From the NCBI RefSeq assembly GCF_006345805.1, contig NC_043005.1, positions 44,268,001 through 44,332,000 on the forward strand: a stretch of DNA of 64,000 bases, written 5' to 3'. The notes under the pieces are model-generated. The model was not told the origin of the DNA. It searched no databases and saw nothing but the letters and a program-made list of their open reading frames with translations. Origin of the DNA: Octopus sinensis. Lineage: Eukaryota. Each line of letters starts with the position of its first letter. The first letter of the stretch is position 1. Of the stretch, positions 63,891 through 64,000 are shown in pieces. The position numbers and the translations under genes are program-made.

Positions 63891-64000
63891 TCAGTCAATT
63901 ATGTATATACAAGCAAGCTGGTCCTACTTTGATTTACAATGTTATAATGGGTTGGACTTTAACAAACTGTAATTAATTGAGCTAATAATTACTGTGGATT

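Overview
AT-rich, repeat-dense eukaryotic DNA that is almost entirely intronic or intergenic. The SINE families, the RTE/CR1/RLE retroelements and the (TA)n/(CA)n/(TATG)n/(AAT)n microsatellites resemble what I recall of octopod cephalopod (Octopus) genomes; this is inference, not database-checked. I can support one protein-coding exon: a 146-nt minus-strand exon (54399-54544) with canonical AG/GT splice sites, encoding the C-terminal half of a PH domain most like PLEKHA4/5/6/7 (PEPP). The rest is tRNA-derived SINEs of several families (many nested), RTE and CR1 LINE fragments, three restriction-like-endonuclease (R4/Dong/NeSL-type) retrotransposon 3' ends (two of them at (TAA)n arrays), two decayed Ty3/Gypsy pol remnants, and TTAA-, hAT- and mariner-type MITEs. 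Most ORFs in the supplied track are microsatellite artefacts. The most notable observations are a 320-bp spacer-less near-perfect palindrome (32929-33248), decayed Penelope-type minimal hammerhead ribozyme motifs (42310-42347, 57340-57420), serial insertion of RLE 3' ends into (TAA)n arrays (48470-50460), modular head/tail shuffling among SINEs, and two local duplications. There is no evidence of a prokaryotic-type system or CRISPR array. SINE family labels A-D are my own, and repeat boundaries were set by eye (about +/-10-20 bp unless stated).
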